From: an uncultured Saccharofermentans sp.
GTDB lineage: Bacteria > Bacillota > Clostridia > Saccharofermentanales > UBA5734
Reading direction: 5' to 3'
DNA length: 64,000 nt
NCBI GenBank assembly: GCA_963675845.1
Contig: OY776634.1
Coordinates: 1,952,633-2,016,632, forward strand
How positions within the stretch are numbered: position 1 is the first letter of the stretch; the number at the start of each line of letters is the position of its first letter. The notes under the pieces were generated by a model that saw only the letters and a list, made by a program, of their open reading frames with translations, made no database searches and had not been told where the DNA came from. A program made the translations under genes and the position numbers. Shown piece after piece: positions 25,841 through 36,355 of this stretch.

Positions 25841-26368
25841 ATGATTCTATCCGGACTGGAGATCGCCAGGCACCAGGGCGACAAGATTGTCATTGAACCG
25901 TACGATCCCAAGCAGATCAACCCGAACAGCTACAATCTGAGGCTGCACCATGACCTTTTAGTCTACGATGAAGACATCCTGGACATGAAAAAGCCGAACA
26001 GGACGAAACCCCTGACCATACCGGAGGACGGGCTTGTCTTACAGCCCGGAAAGCTCTACTTGGGCAGGACCCTCGAATTCACGTCGACCCGGGATTTTGT
26101 TCCCATGCTGGAAGGGCGCTCCTCGATCGGACGGCTCGGTCTCTATATTCATGTCACAGCTGGTTTCGGGGATGTCGGCTTTGCCGGCTACTGGACGCTG
26201 GAGATCCACTGCATTGAGCCGGTCCGGGTCTATGCCGGTGTCGAGATCTGCCAGATCTATTACCATACCCTGCAGGGCGAATACGAGCAATACAGCAGCG
26301 GCAAATACCAGAACAACACCGGTATCCAGCCGAGTATGCTCTACCGGGATTTTGAAGCGAAGGATTAA
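25841..26368 (+). CDS. dcd: dCTP deaminase
   Basis: INPNSYNLRLH, LEGRSSIGRLGL, YWTLEIH. 175 aa. GAGAGGA lies upstream. Confidence 0.88.
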   Translation: MILSGLEIARHQGDKIVIEPYDPKQINPNSYNLRLHHDLLVYDEDILDMKKPNRTKPLTIPEDGLVLQPGKLYLGRTLEFTSTRDFVPMLEGRSSIGRLGLYIHVTAGFGDVGFAGYWTLEIHCIEPVRVYAGVEICQIYYHTLQGEYEQYSSGKYQNNTGIQPSMLYRDFEAKD

Positions 26369-26991
26369 TCGCCGACTTGGATGCGCAGAACGGTCTTGAG
26401 CTTGCCCGGTGCTGTTTTTCTAGCATCGGTCAGGTAGATTTCACGGTGCCGTCGGCTTTTTCGAACCAGCTGGTTCTGCCGGCAATAATCGGCCATGAGC
26501 TGAAAGCTTTCAGGCTCCCGGTCGTAGCTGCCCAGGTGCAGCATCTGGACACATAACCCCTCCGTCAGTGTTTTGAACCTGACCTGGTCCAGCAGCTCGC
26601 TGGGCTTTTTGCGTTGGGCCCTGGCCAGCATCTCAGCGGCAAAGTCCGGCGTTACGAATTCAGGCTGTCGGATCATCAGCTCGAAGACCAGGTCGTCCTT
26701 GTCGAGCGTGCCGCCGTCCTTTTGCCTGCCCGCTTCGCTGAGATCCCAGATCCCTTCCAGCGGGTAGACCGTATAGTCAAAATAGCCGTCCGGCGCCAGG
26801 CCGGCCTTAGCGGACATTCTGACGGTGTAGGATATGGCATACAGTGCCTCGATGACCTTCGGGAACTGTGGGCCGTTGGGATTGCCCCGGCCCTGGATGG
26901 TGAAGAAATTGAAAGGGGGAAGTTTCAGCATTTGCGGCTGGACCCCGGGCAGGTAGATGTCCCGTTCGTGTTTTCGCCATTCATGTTTCAT
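26365..26991 (-). CDS. GyrI-like (SOUL/effector-binding) domain protein
   Basis: FNFFTIQGRGNPNG..YTVYPLEGIWD..LCVQMLHLGSYD pattern of GyrI-like small-molecule binding proteins. Confidence 0.65.
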   Translation of the reverse strand: MKHEWRKHERDIYLPGVQPQMLKLPPFNFFTIQGRGNPNGPQFPKVIEALYAISYTVRMSAKAGLAPDGYFDYTVYPLEGIWDLSEAGRQKDGGTLDKDDLVFELMIRQPEFVTPDFAAEMLARAQRKKPSELLDQVRFKTLTEGLCVQMLHLGSYDREPESFQLMADYCRQNQLVRKSRRHREIYLTDARKTAPGKLKTVLRIQVGD

Positions 26992-27027
26992 CGGGACGCC
27001 TCCAACGATCTAATCCAGGCTGCTAGG

Positions 27028-28347
27028 CTACTCATCCACCGGCTCCACAATGACCTTGGCCCCTTCAACATGAATGACCTTGACGGGTGTCCCTTGGTCA
27101 ATGAACTCGCCGGCCGCGATGACATCAATCCGGCGGCCATCGATTCTGACTGCCCCGGCTGGCCGCAAATCGGTATAGGCGACACCGAGCTGACCCAACA
27201 GATTTTTCTTGCTTTCGGGAAGATTGACGTATCCGGCTTCGCTCGTTTCCGCCTGCTCGAGGACGAGGCGACGAACAAATCTGCTGTGGCCGAAAAACTT
27301 GATGAAGAGCGGAACGGCAACAACGGCAACGACAATGGCGATCAGGAGGTAGAGGATACCCTGGCTCAGGCTGGGCGCCGCCAGCACAATGCCGACCATC
27401 ATGGCCAGCGCGCCGGCAATGCCGAACACCCCGAACCCGGGGACGATCAATTCGACCACAATCAGCACGGCGCCGGCGATGAAGATCACGATTGACCAGA
27501 GGTTGGTGTAGCCGGCGATGAAACCGCCGGAGAAGTACAGCACGAAGAAGACGATGCCGACGATGCCGGCGCCGCCAAATCCTTCGGTGAAAAACTCGAC
27601 GACAAAGGCCAGGGTCCCGATCGCGAGCAGCAGGGCGGCGACTTCGGTGCTGGTCAGGAACTGAGCGATTCGCAGACGGAAATCCGGTTCATCTTCGACC
27701 AAGACTGCATTTTGCCAGCCTAGTTTGGTTAAAAGATCATTGCGGCTGTTCACCAGCAAGTCGGCATAGCCCACCTGGCTGGCCTCTTCCGCGGTCATAT
27801 CCAGGATCTCGCCCTCGCCGACCAGCCCTTCGATTGCCAGGGATTCGTCGACCATCGCTGCCGCGATTTGAGGATCACGGCCAGTCCGTTCAGCGGTTGT
27901 CCGGAACTCGCCGCTGACATAGGCGACCGTCTTTGAATCCGACGGGTTGGGCTTGGCGGCTCCCAGGTGGCTGCCCGGCGCCATCGCGATCGTATCCGCT
28001 GCGATGGAGATCAGGGCGCCGGCCGAAATGGCGCGGCTCTGGATATAGACAACGACCGGCACTTCGGATGAGAGGATCGCGTCGCGCATCTCAACCGCCG
28101 CGTCGACACGACCGCCGAACGTCTTGATGTCGATGATGATGCCAAGCATCCCCGAGTCATTGGCCTCGTCGATCTTGTCTTCGAGGAAGGCTGCCATGGC
28201 CGGCGTGATTTCACCGTCAATCGGGATTACCATGACCGTGTTGGCCGGATCACTGGCCGCTGAAGCCGTGGCCGGCAGCAGAACGGCCAGCAGGATCAGG
28301 AGCAGGGCGAAAATCTTGAGTTTTGAACGCACGGGCCAAGTCTTCAT
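27028..28347 (-). CDS. NfeD-family membrane-bound serine protease (ClpP class)
   Basis: Start moved to MKTWPVRSKLKIFALLLIL (ATG 28347). Protease domain PIDGEITPAMAAFLEDKI..VVVYIQSRAISAGALISIAAD. Several TMs. C-terminal NfeD OB domain GVAYTDLRPAGAVRIDGRRIDVIAAGEFI. Confidence 0.85.
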   Translation of the reverse strand: MKTWPVRSKLKIFALLLILLAVLLPATASAASDPANTVMVIPIDGEITPAMAAFLEDKIDEANDSGMLGIIIDIKTFGGRVDAAVEMRDAILSSEVPVVVYIQSRAISAGALISIAADTIAMAPGSHLGAAKPNPSDSKTVAYVSGEFRTTAERTGRDPQIAAAMVDESLAIEGLVGEGEILDMTAEEASQVGYADLLVNSRNDLLTKLGWQNAVLVEDEPDFRLRIAQFLTSTEVAALLLAIGTLAFVVEFFTEGFGGAGIVGIVFFVLYFSGGFIAGYTNLWSIVIFIAGAVLIVVELIVPGFGVFGIAGALAMMVGIVLAAPSLSQGILYLLIAIVVAVVAVPLFIKFFGHSRFVRRLVLEQAETSEAGYVNLPESKKNLLGQLGVAYTDLRPAGAVRIDGRRIDVIAAGEFIDQGTPVKVIHVEGAKVIVEPVDE

Positions 28348-28499
28348 AGCAGTCCCTCGATTCATTGTTTGTGACACCATTTTACCATAGCTCGCCGGCA
28401 TCAGGCTCTGGTTGGAATAAAATTGGCGTACTTGACGCTCCAAATGGTATAATCCACCCGGTAAGCGTTCTGCCTGAAGCAGAAACTGGAGGAACCCCC

Positions 28500-29171
28500 A
28501 TGACAAAGCAACGCCCGATCTCAGCGGTTATTTTCGATATGGACGGCCTGATGTTCGACACCGAACGCATCGCCCTGATGGCCGATATCCAGGCCGGCAA
28601 GGTGATGGGCTACGACCTGGCCGAAGACTTGGTTGTCGGGACGGTCGGCTTGAATCTGGACGATACCCGACGCTACTATCTAAATCATTTCGGCCCGGAC
28701 TATCCGTTTGACGCCATCCGCAGCCTGCGCTATGAGATCGCCGGCGCATTTATCCAGGACCACGGCCTGCCGGTCAAAGACGGTCTGCTCGACTTGCTTG
28801 ATTTTCTAAAACGACATTCGATTCCCCGGGCGCTGGCCACCTCATCCGATCGCGACAAGACACAGGGCTATTTGGACATGGCTGGCATTGGCCATTATTT
28901 CGGCGCGATTGTCTGCGGCGGCGAGGTCGCGCGCGGCAAGCCTGAACCGGACATTTTTCTCAAGGCTGCTGAGCAAATTGGCGTTGACCCTGCCGGCTGC
29001 CTGGTGCTGGAAGATTCGGAGCATGGTATCCTGGCCGCATCCAGGGCCGGCATGTTGCCCGTCGCAGTGCCTGATCTCAAGCAACCGGCAGCCCAGATCC
29101 TCAAACTTGCGACCAGAACATGTTCCACGCTGCTCGAGGTCCGCGACTATCTTGAGACGCTGTTGGCCTGA
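28500..29171 (+). CDS. HAD-superfamily hydrolase (beta-phosphoglucomutase-like subfamily IA)
   Basis: ATG 28500 follows GGAGG. Motifs FDMDGLMFDTE, ATSSDR, GKPEPDIF, LEDSEHG. Confidence 0.85.
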   Translation: MTKQRPISAVIFDMDGLMFDTERIALMADIQAGKVMGYDLAEDLVVGTVGLNLDDTRRYYLNHFGPDYPFDAIRSLRYEIAGAFIQDHGLPVKDGLLDLLDFLKRHSIPRALATSSDRDKTQGYLDMAGIGHYFGAIVCGGEVARGKPEPDIFLKAAEQIGVDPAGCLVLEDSEHGILAASRAGMLPVAVPDLKQPAAQILKLATRTCSTLLEVRDYLETLLA

Positions 29172-29306
29172 TTCGATCCAATCGGGAATTCTTGGCGCGA
29201 TCGATGACAAGGCGCGTGTCGCCGCTAAAAAAAACGGGCAGCAGCTGCTGCCCGTTTTCGATTAAAGACATTGATCTTTGCTGATTTGATTCATTTCATG
29301 CTTGCC

Positions 29307-31049
29307 TTAGCGGTAGATGTAGTCGCCGTCTGCGTATTTCGGCGGGATGACCGGAATCTGTAGGAAGGCGTCGTACTGTCCGCCGGTGTGGATGATATGG
29401 CGGCCATGGTTGTCGGTGTCCCAGAACAGGGGCTCAAACCAGTTTTCGCGGATATAGCGGCCGGCGACCTGGACGCGGATCTGCTGACCCTTGTGCCAGA
29501 TGCGGCTGGTCGGCCAGATCTCGATATCCACTGGAACAATTTGACCCGGTGACAGCTTTTCATCGACAACATGAGCCTGAACCGGCTGGAAGTCGGTCGA
29601 CAGTTTCTCGTCCAGTTTACGGCGCGACACGCGCATCTTGCCCCAGGCGCCGGGATGCGGCTCGCCCAGAACCGTGATCGGCAGCCAGTCACCGGTGGTG
29701 CTGAGCTTCTGAACATTGATGAACATATCCATGTCATCGTGACCGTCAGCCTCGACCCAAAGGCGGAGCTTGAGGAAGCCGGTGATTTCGGTCTCTTCTT
29801 CAAACTTGTAGTCGAAGGTCACCTCTTCGGTCTCGGCATCGTAGCTGATCTTGCTTTCGGCGGCGACCGGCGCGTCCTGCATAGCCTGGTTTGCCGCGTC
29901 CAGATATAGTTTGCGATACTCGGTACGCTTGAGCGGGAAAGACGTTTCAGACCGGTCAGTCTGGTAGTCGCAGTCAAACGCATCCTGGATTTCAAGGCGG
30001 ACCTTGGGTGTGAGCTCCCAGCCGTTGCGCTCCAGCTTGAGGTAACGATCGAAGAAGAGTTCGAGGTCGGAGAGATACTTGTTGCAGTAAGCATCCGGCC
30101 ACTCAAATTCGCGATGCGCCCGGAGCCATTTCTTGGGCGAGCGGATTTTGCGGAACGCGTTGATCGAGCCGCGCAGGTGGAAGTGATTCCAGCAGGCCGT
30201 GGCATAGACCGGCAGCTTGATCTTTTTAAAATTGGGAATCTTGTCCTGCCAGTAGGTGTTGTTGATAAACGGGTACTTCTCGGCATTCAACGGCGTTGAG
30301 TCGACATAGTTATAGCCGGTCGCGTCCCGAAGCACCATCTTGACGAAGCTGGTCGCGGGGATGCCGCCTTCCATCAGGCTTTCACGGTACATATCGGACG
30401 TGCCTTCCCAGGGCGCGATGCATTCCAGATGCGGCGGCTGTTCGGCCGCGATGCGCCACTGGGTCATGGCGACGCAGCTGTTGCCGGACAAGCCGACGCG
30501 GCCGTTGCACCAGTCCTGCTCGGCGATCCACTCAATGAAGTCATAGCCGTCACGACCGTCCTGTGTGCCGAACTGGATGAAGTCGCCTTCGGAATGGCCG
30601 ATACCGCGCGGGTCGACATTGGCGACTGCATAGCCTTTGCGGCACCAGTAGCCGGGGTCGGCGGATTCGAACTTGGCCATGTTGGACACGGTCGAAGACG
30701 GAACGCCCATGATCTTCCACTCGCTCTGGGCATCGAACGGGCGCTTGCCATAGAAGCTCCACGAGACGATGACCGGCAGGTTGGTTTCGCCTTCCGGGCG
30801 GTAGATGTCCGCGTAGATGGTGATACCGTCACGCATCTTGACCGCAACATCCTGGTCACAGACAATGCCGTCTTCCGGGCTGTAGGTCCGCTGGTTCAAA
30901 GGGGACATGAACTTGCAGCTCTCACGGTCCTCGGGGGACATGGCATCCAGTTCCTCCTGGGACTTTGGATGCATCATCTGGAGCATCAGGACGTCGAGTT
31001 CCTCGTCGCCGTATTTGATTTTCTTGGTTATCACTTTGCGTTCTGCCAT
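29307..31049 (-). CDS. CocE/NonD family hydrolase (S15 X-Pro dipeptidyl-peptidase-like)
   Basis: 580 aa. Alpha/beta-hydrolase core with nucleophile elbow GLSGNSCVAMTQW, plus a C-terminal beta-sandwich. GAGGTGA RBS. Confidence 0.8.
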   Translation of the reverse strand: MAERKVITKKIKYGDEELDVLMLQMMHPKSQEELDAMSPEDRESCKFMSPLNQRTYSPEDGIVCDQDVAVKMRDGITIYADIYRPEGETNLPVIVSWSFYGKRPFDAQSEWKIMGVPSSTVSNMAKFESADPGYWCRKGYAVANVDPRGIGHSEGDFIQFGTQDGRDGYDFIEWIAEQDWCNGRVGLSGNSCVAMTQWRIAAEQPPHLECIAPWEGTSDMYRESLMEGGIPATSFVKMVLRDATGYNYVDSTPLNAEKYPFINNTYWQDKIPNFKKIKLPVYATACWNHFHLRGSINAFRKIRSPKKWLRAHREFEWPDAYCNKYLSDLELFFDRYLKLERNGWELTPKVRLEIQDAFDCDYQTDRSETSFPLKRTEYRKLYLDAANQAMQDAPVAAESKISYDAETEEVTFDYKFEEETEITGFLKLRLWVEADGHDDMDMFINVQKLSTTGDWLPITVLGEPHPGAWGKMRVSRRKLDEKLSTDFQPVQAHVVDEKLSPGQIVPVDIEIWPTSRIWHKGQQIRVQVAGRYIRENWFEPLFWDTDNHGRHIIHTGGQYDAFLQIPVIPPKYADGDYIYR

Positions 31050-31226
31050 ATCTTCACCTCGTTTATTTGATTTCAGACAGTCTTTTAAAGAATAACATCT
31101 TATATATCAGACTTCTAGGACACGAGTCGGTCATGGTGTCCGAATAATGATGATTTCACAACCGAATTCAGGTATAATCCTGGAGAAGAGGATTCAAACA
31201 AGCAAGCTTCGAGGAGGGTGCTATCC

Positions 31227-31838
31227 ATGGTCAACCAACCCAACAACGCGAGATCGGCGGCCAGCCGTCAAGCGATTGAAGCCGCCCTGATTAATCTCCT
31301 GCAAGACCGGGACCTGTCAGCGATATCCGTCAAGGCTATCTGCAGTCAGGCTGGGGTGTCGAGAAGCACTTTCTATTTGCATTACGACAATATCGACGCC
31401 CTGATCCAATCCGTTGAGCGACGCTTTGAACAAGATCTTTTGCCCTATTTTGATTACAGAGATACCCGTAAGGCGGGCAGCGAGGTTCAATCGCCGTATT
31501 TGAGCTGTACACGCTGGTTCGAGTACTGCCTTAAACACGCTGCCTTCCTGCGCGCGATCCTCGGACAGTATGGCGACCACGGCTTCGAATACCGGCTGCG
31601 CGAGCGTCTGCGACGCGAAGTTGACGAGATGATGGACTATGACAACATGCCTCAGGACAAAAACCGCAAATTCATTCTCGAATGCATGGTCGCATCCATT
31701 CTGGCGCTGCTGCACTGCGCGCTGGAAGACGACTCCAGCCTGGAAACCCAGCAGATCGCCTTCATTGCCAACATCATGCGCGAAGGCCCGGTGATTCTCA
31801 AGCGCCAGGAACTGGGTTTGGCTGACGGGCACACCTGA
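31227..31838 (+). CDS. TetR/AcrR family transcriptional regulator
   Basis: HTH ISVKAICSQAGVSRSTFYLHYDNIDALI. ATG 31227 follows GAGGAGG. Divergent from the CocE/NonD gene. A 6-bp inverted repeat GGACAC..GTGTCC at 31118-31141 lies in the spacer. Confidence 0.85.
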   Translation: MVNQPNNARSAASRQAIEAALINLLQDRDLSAISVKAICSQAGVSRSTFYLHYDNIDALIQSVERRFEQDLLPYFDYRDTRKAGSEVQSPYLSCTRWFEYCLKHAAFLRAILGQYGDHGFEYRLRERLRREVDEMMDYDNMPQDKNRKFILECMVASILALLHCALEDDSSLETQQIAFIANIMREGPVILKRQELGLADGHT

Positions 31839-31945
31839 GTGAAAGCGCTACAAAACAATCACGCGATTCGCTAACCTATGGTAAAATAGGCCTAAGATCT
31901 CTGCCATAACAATGCATTAGCGACAGATTATAAGGAGATGACAGC

Positions 31946-32557
31946 ATGAGACGACCAAGCTCAATTTTTTCACACCCGACCTTCAACAAAATCCGAATAA
32001 TCATCCTCATCCTGGCGATCGCTATCTCAGTTTCAGCTTGTACACCGACCGGCGCAATTGATTCAAGCGAGAGCCGTGAAGCTGTTGAAGCTGCGCTCAA
32101 GGCGGAAATTTCGCGGCTAGAGGCTGAAATTGACGGCATGGCCGAAACCATCACCAGTTTGGAAGATCAAATCCGCCAGGGCATGGATGTCAATACTACC
32201 TATTCGATCGAGGCGATTATTGAACAGATGGCGGACCGTTCAAACACTGTGGAGATCTTTTCCGCCAACATCAATTCCGTCAGCAAAGGCACTATCGATG
32301 GACGACGCTATTATGAATTTGACATCATCCGCCACCGGCCGGGCTGGGGCTGGGAAATCACGCTTGACGAAGAAGAAGAGGGTTATCCGATAGCGGATCA
32401 GGTTCGTTCGACCATGGGCCTGGTTTTTGAATTCAAGCGTTATGATGATCCCCAGGACCTGATCAATAAAATCCAGGGCTATGACCCGTCAGACCGCTAT
32501 AATTTTCTGATGATCAACGACAATGTCGTCTTCATCAGTCCGGAAATGGGTCCATGA
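31946..32557 (+). CDS. Hypothetical lipoprotein
   Basis: AAGGAG RBS. Signal with lipobox ISVSAC, followed by a coiled-coil-like segment. Confidence 0.65.
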   Translation: MRRPSSIFSHPTFNKIRIIILILAIAISVSACTPTGAIDSSESREAVEAALKAEISRLEAEIDGMAETITSLEDQIRQGMDVNTTYSIEAIIEQMADRSNTVEIFSANINSVSKGTIDGRRYYEFDIIRHRPGWGWEITLDEEEEGYPIADQVRSTMGLVFEFKRYDDPQDLINKIQGYDPSDRYNFLMINDNVVFISPEMGP

Positions 32558-32590
32558 ACAACTGAAAGCAATCGCATCTTTGGAGCAGAC

Positions 32591-32770
32591 ATGAACATGA
32601 GACATCTCAGACGAGTTACAGCTATGCTGAACTTTTCCGCAGCCGTTGGTTTTTTCACCGCCTATCTGATTGGCGGCTATTCAACTTTTGCCACGATCGC
32701 AGGATTGTGGCTGTCAATCGGGCTGTTGAATGTAGCGATTGACAGCCGGCAGCAGAAGATTCAGCAATAA
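32591..32770 (+). CDS. Small membrane protein (59 aa)
   Basis: MNMRHLRRVTAMLNFSAAVGFFTAYLIGGYSTFATIAGLWLSIGLLNVAIDSRQQKIQQ has two hydrophobic helices. GGAGCAG lies upstream. Below the ORF-track cutoff. Confidence 0.4.
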   Translation: MNMRHLRRVTAMLNFSAAVGFFTAYLIGGYSTFATIAGLWLSIGLLNVAIDSRQQKIQQ

Positions 32771-32835
32771 CCACAAGAAATCATAATATCATAAGATTTG
32801 CATCGACAGCACTGAATAGCACAAGGAGACAATGC

Positions 32836-33456
32836 ATGCTGAAGACTAAATGGAGAAGAACCGTTTTTATCGCCATTGTTCTGACAATTGGCTTGGTCTT
32901 GACCGGCTGTTACTCAGATCCGATCCTTGAACAGACGACTTCAACAAGCCCGGGCAGCCAGACTGGCGATCACAGCCGTGAAGAGATAGAATTGGATGGC
33001 TGGGGTGACTGCGGCCTGTTCGAGTCGGCAAAAACCCTATCCACTGACACCTGGCAAGAAGCGTCATCCGACGAAGCCGGGATATCGGTCAGGTATCCTC
33101 AAAGCTGGCAGTGCGAAATACTGCCATACATTCCAGCAACATCCTCCCACGAGGCCAGCCTGATGTGGGGTCTCGAACTGTTCCTGGAAGGATCTGAACC
33201 CGGCCATGAATTCATTTCGGTTGTCAAGTTGCAAAGCAAAGCCATCGGCTGGCTATCCTATCCGCGATATGACGTGCAGATTAACGATCTGAACCGTGCC
33301 CAAATGGCCTACCAAAGATTTGATGGCGAGTACGCCATCTACATCGCGTTCAACGACCATATAGACCATGCGGTGGTTATCCGGATCACTGAGGATCACT
33401 TTGAGCAGCACCAGTCTGATATTCTGGGCATCTTGTCCAGCATATCGTTTGAATGA
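32836..33456 (+). CDS. Hypothetical lipoprotein
   Basis: AAGGAGA RBS. Signal with lipobox LVLTGC. Confidence 0.65.
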   Translation: MLKTKWRRTVFIAIVLTIGLVLTGCYSDPILEQTTSTSPGSQTGDHSREEIELDGWGDCGLFESAKTLSTDTWQEASSDEAGISVRYPQSWQCEILPYIPATSSHEASLMWGLELFLEGSEPGHEFISVVKLQSKAIGWLSYPRYDVQINDLNRAQMAYQRFDGEYAIYIAFNDHIDHAVVIRITEDHFEQHQSDILGILSSISFE

Positions 33457-33814
33457 GCCGGATTGGAGCAGCCTGACCGGTAACCCTTCATATTCGACCA
33501 CTCACAAGAGCATATTGACCACTAAACGAACGCCCCGGTTTTTCTGATATTTGTTGTGCTACGATCAGGCTGTCCAAAAAAGACACCGAACTGACCATCG
33601 GCACAACAAATCAAACGGGGTGGTACCATGATACGAAATAAGCAATCGGTAATCGAGAAAAATCAAACCAGTCGGCAGACCCGGAGCAAACAACGCCATG
33701 AAAAGGTTGACCCAAGACCTTGTGTTTCAGGCTGCTGGCACGTCAATTCCAGGCAGGATGTCAGGCTTTTAGCCGAAATGACCATGGCCTGTTCCAGGAT
33801 TAAGCTGCCTTGAG

Positions 33815-34213
33815 CTAATCGGCTGAAAACGCTTCAGCCAGTTCAAACGGAATTAGGTTCGCGTTGATTATCGCGGCCAGCCCTTCGGAATCTGCCAGCT
33901 CATGGATGACGACCTGGTTTTTGTCCACTTCAGACATGTCGCCACCCTCCCACAATTTCTCGTCGTCCAGATAGACAGAGATGGACTGGCCGATCAGGCG
34001 GGCAGTCGCTTGGTTGAACTTTCTTCGGCCGTCGGCGTCAAAGCTGATCATGAGCACCGGCTTGTTGTCGTAAGGTGCAAGCTGGGATTCTGCTTGCAGG
34101 ATATGGGTGCTGTCACAAATGACCGTGCCATCCGGCTCCTTGACGTCGGATCTTCAGGTTCCGCGCTCATAGCCTGGCAGGATCTCAATAGGATCAGAGC
34201 GATCAGGAGTCAT
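33815..34213 (-). pseudogene. Gene with in-frame TGA; C-terminal part resembles a SecD P1-head-like domain
   Basis: One frame reads MTPDRSDPIEILPGYERGT-TGA(34154-34156)-RSDVKEPDGTV..PVLMISFDADGRRKFNQATARLIGQSISVYLDDEKLW..LIPFEL. Only the last 80 codons form the track ORF, which has a GTG start. Confidence 0.4.
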
Positions 34214-34431
34214 AAAATGTGCAGTGCATTTCCAGATGATTTTTCCAGGAGAGCGTGATGATTTCTAGCCGATCCAGCGCATGCAGGACTCGGTAAGCTG
34301 CCAGGTGTCATCCGGGCGCTCGAATTTGAAGCGCATACCAGTTGCGCCTGTGCCTGATCGATACTTGGATGCGTCAAAGATCCATTCGGTGCCTGGTTGT
34401 CTGGGTTCAACAGTGCTCAGGATTCAATCTT

Positions 34432-35949
34432 CTATATCGGTAAATCCAGCAGGTTGAGCATGCGGATGGTTGCCTTGATCGCCGATGCCGCCTGGTCGCT
34501 GTCCAGTCCCTTGGTCTTGAATTCGCGATCCAGCTTCCAGGTAATGACCGTCTCGACCAGCGCACTGGTCTGGCCGCCGGGTGGGATGGTGACCACATAA
34601 TCAATCAGGGCGGGGAGCTGAATATTCAGTCGGTCGAATATTTTGTTGAGCGCTTTCATGAAGGCGTCGTACTGGCCGTCACCGGTCGAGGTTTCTTCAT
34701 AGACCTGGCCGTCGATGTTGATGCTCAAGGTTGCGATCGGGCTCAGGTTCAGGGCATGGCACATATAGTAGTTTTCAATCTTGATCCGTTCCTGAACCGG
34801 TTTGCTGCCGATGACCTCGGCAATAATGAACGGCAGTTCGTCCTGGGTGATGGTTTCCTTTTTATCGCCCATCTCAACAATCCACTCGGTGACCTTGGCC
34901 AGATCCTCCGGATTGAGCTCAATGCCGAGCTCCTGCAGGTTTTTGAGCACGCTGGCCTTGCCGGAGGACTTGCCTAGGGCATATTGACGGTTGCGGCCGA
35001 AGCGTTCGGGGATCAGGTCATTGAAGTAGAGGTTACCTTTGTTGTCGCCGTCCGCATGGATGCCGCTGGTCTGGGTGAAGACATTTTCGCCGATGATCGG
35101 CATATTGGGCGGGATGCGGATGCCGGAGAATGCTTCGACCAGGCGGGCGATCTTGTAGATGTTGCTCTCCTGGGCTGATATCTCATAGTCCTTCATGTGG
35201 TCGTTGATCAGGCCGATCACGCTGGACAGCGCAACATTGCCGGTTCGCTCGCCCAGGCTGTTGACGGTTGTATGAAGGCCCCTGGCGCCCGCGTGGATCG
35301 CGGACATGCAATTGGCCAGTGCGAGTCCGTAGTCATTGTGCGGATGGAAGTCGAAGTGCAGATCAGGGAACCGGCTCGTGATCTGGCTGATGTAGTCATA
35401 GGTCTCTTTCGGGTTCAGGATGCCCAGCGTATCCGGCAGCATGAAGCGCTTGATTGGAGCATTCTGGAGCTGTTCAATGAAATTGAAGACATATTCTGGT
35501 GACTGGCGCATGCCGCTGGACCAGACCTCGAGATAGACATTGACCTGGATGCCGTGGCTTGCGGCCAGATCAATGACCTGGCGGATATCAGCGATGTGCT
35601 CAGCCGGCGTCTTGCGCAGCTGTGTTCGGACATGCTCATACGAGCCCTTGCATAACAGGTTGAGGACCCGGCACTGAGTCTTTTGCAGCCAGTCAATGGT
35701 CTTGGTGCCGTCAACGAAACCCAGAACCTCCAAGCGGTCCAGGTAGCCCTTTTCCTTGCACCAGGCTGCCAGCTTGGCGACGGCTTCCAGCTCGCCCTTG
35801 GAAACCCTCGCTGATGCGATTTCAATGCGGTCAACCTTCACGTCCTCTAAAAGGATTCTGGCAATATTGAATTTCTCACTGGGTGAAAAGGCGACGCCAG
35901 GTGTCTGTTCGCCATCGCGCAAAGTCGTGTCCATGATTTCAATTCTCAT
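34432..35949 (-). CDS. 2-isopropylmalate synthase / (R)-citramalate synthase family protein (CimA-like)
   Basis: DTTLRDGEQTPGV, HPHNDYGLALAN, LNLLCKGSYEHV, YLEVWS, plus a C-terminal LeuA-type regulatory domain. 505 aa. Confidence 0.85.
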   Translation of the reverse strand: MRIEIMDTTLRDGEQTPGVAFSPSEKFNIARILLEDVKVDRIEIASARVSKGELEAVAKLAAWCKEKGYLDRLEVLGFVDGTKTIDWLQKTQCRVLNLLCKGSYEHVRTQLRKTPAEHIADIRQVIDLAASHGIQVNVYLEVWSSGMRQSPEYVFNFIEQLQNAPIKRFMLPDTLGILNPKETYDYISQITSRFPDLHFDFHPHNDYGLALANCMSAIHAGARGLHTTVNSLGERTGNVALSSVIGLINDHMKDYEISAQESNIYKIARLVEAFSGIRIPPNMPIIGENVFTQTSGIHADGDNKGNLYFNDLIPERFGRNRQYALGKSSGKASVLKNLQELGIELNPEDLAKVTEWIVEMGDKKETITQDELPFIIAEVIGSKPVQERIKIENYYMCHALNLSPIATLSINIDGQVYEETSTGDGQYDAFMKALNKIFDRLNIQLPALIDYVVTIPPGGQTSALVETVITWKLDREFKTKGLDSDQAASAIKATIRMLNLLDLPI

Positions 35950-36355
35950 TCTATATCCCCCGATGCCTTGAAAAGACTTGTTTTCTGAATCTATTATATC
36001 GGTTTTTGAGGCAAGATGACCAGTGGCTTGTAGATCAGATATTGATTCAAAATATTACCACAGCCTTCTGATCATGTAAAGATCACACGATTATATCCTC
36101 AACTTATCGGCTGACGAGCCATTCGGACCTTGCGCTGCTACTTGAACCGGAACTGTTTTTATTCGGGCAATATTTAGTGTATGATAACAATATATTGGCA
36201 TCACAGGACACATTGTTTTTATAAGGACAGCATAGCATGACATCACATTTATTGAACAATGGCGACAACAACCAGCCCCATGTAAGCAAGCCTTCAAGAC
36301 AAATTGATTGGCCTTCACTTGGCGTCTTAATCACGATCGGAAGCCGGTGGATCAG

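Noticed and set aside
26614-27495. 293-aa plus-strand ORF
   Set aside because: Spans the antisense of two different well-supported genes (GyrI-like and NfeD). Its composition is an artefact of the GC-rich third-position complement.
33549-33627. T-box-like GGGGTGGTACC motif (33617-33627) preceded by an 11-bp inverted repeat (33549-33559 / 33601-33611)
   Set aside because: The motif deviates after GGTACC (ATG instead of GCG). No terminator/antiterminator pair follows, and there is no plus-strand gene downstream. At best it is a relic or a chance match.
34154-34156. In-frame TGA read as selenocysteine or as a sense codon (alternative genetic code)
   Set aside because: TGA terminates many well-supported genes in this window, including several ATGA-coupled pairs. 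No SECIS-like hairpin is evident immediately downstream.
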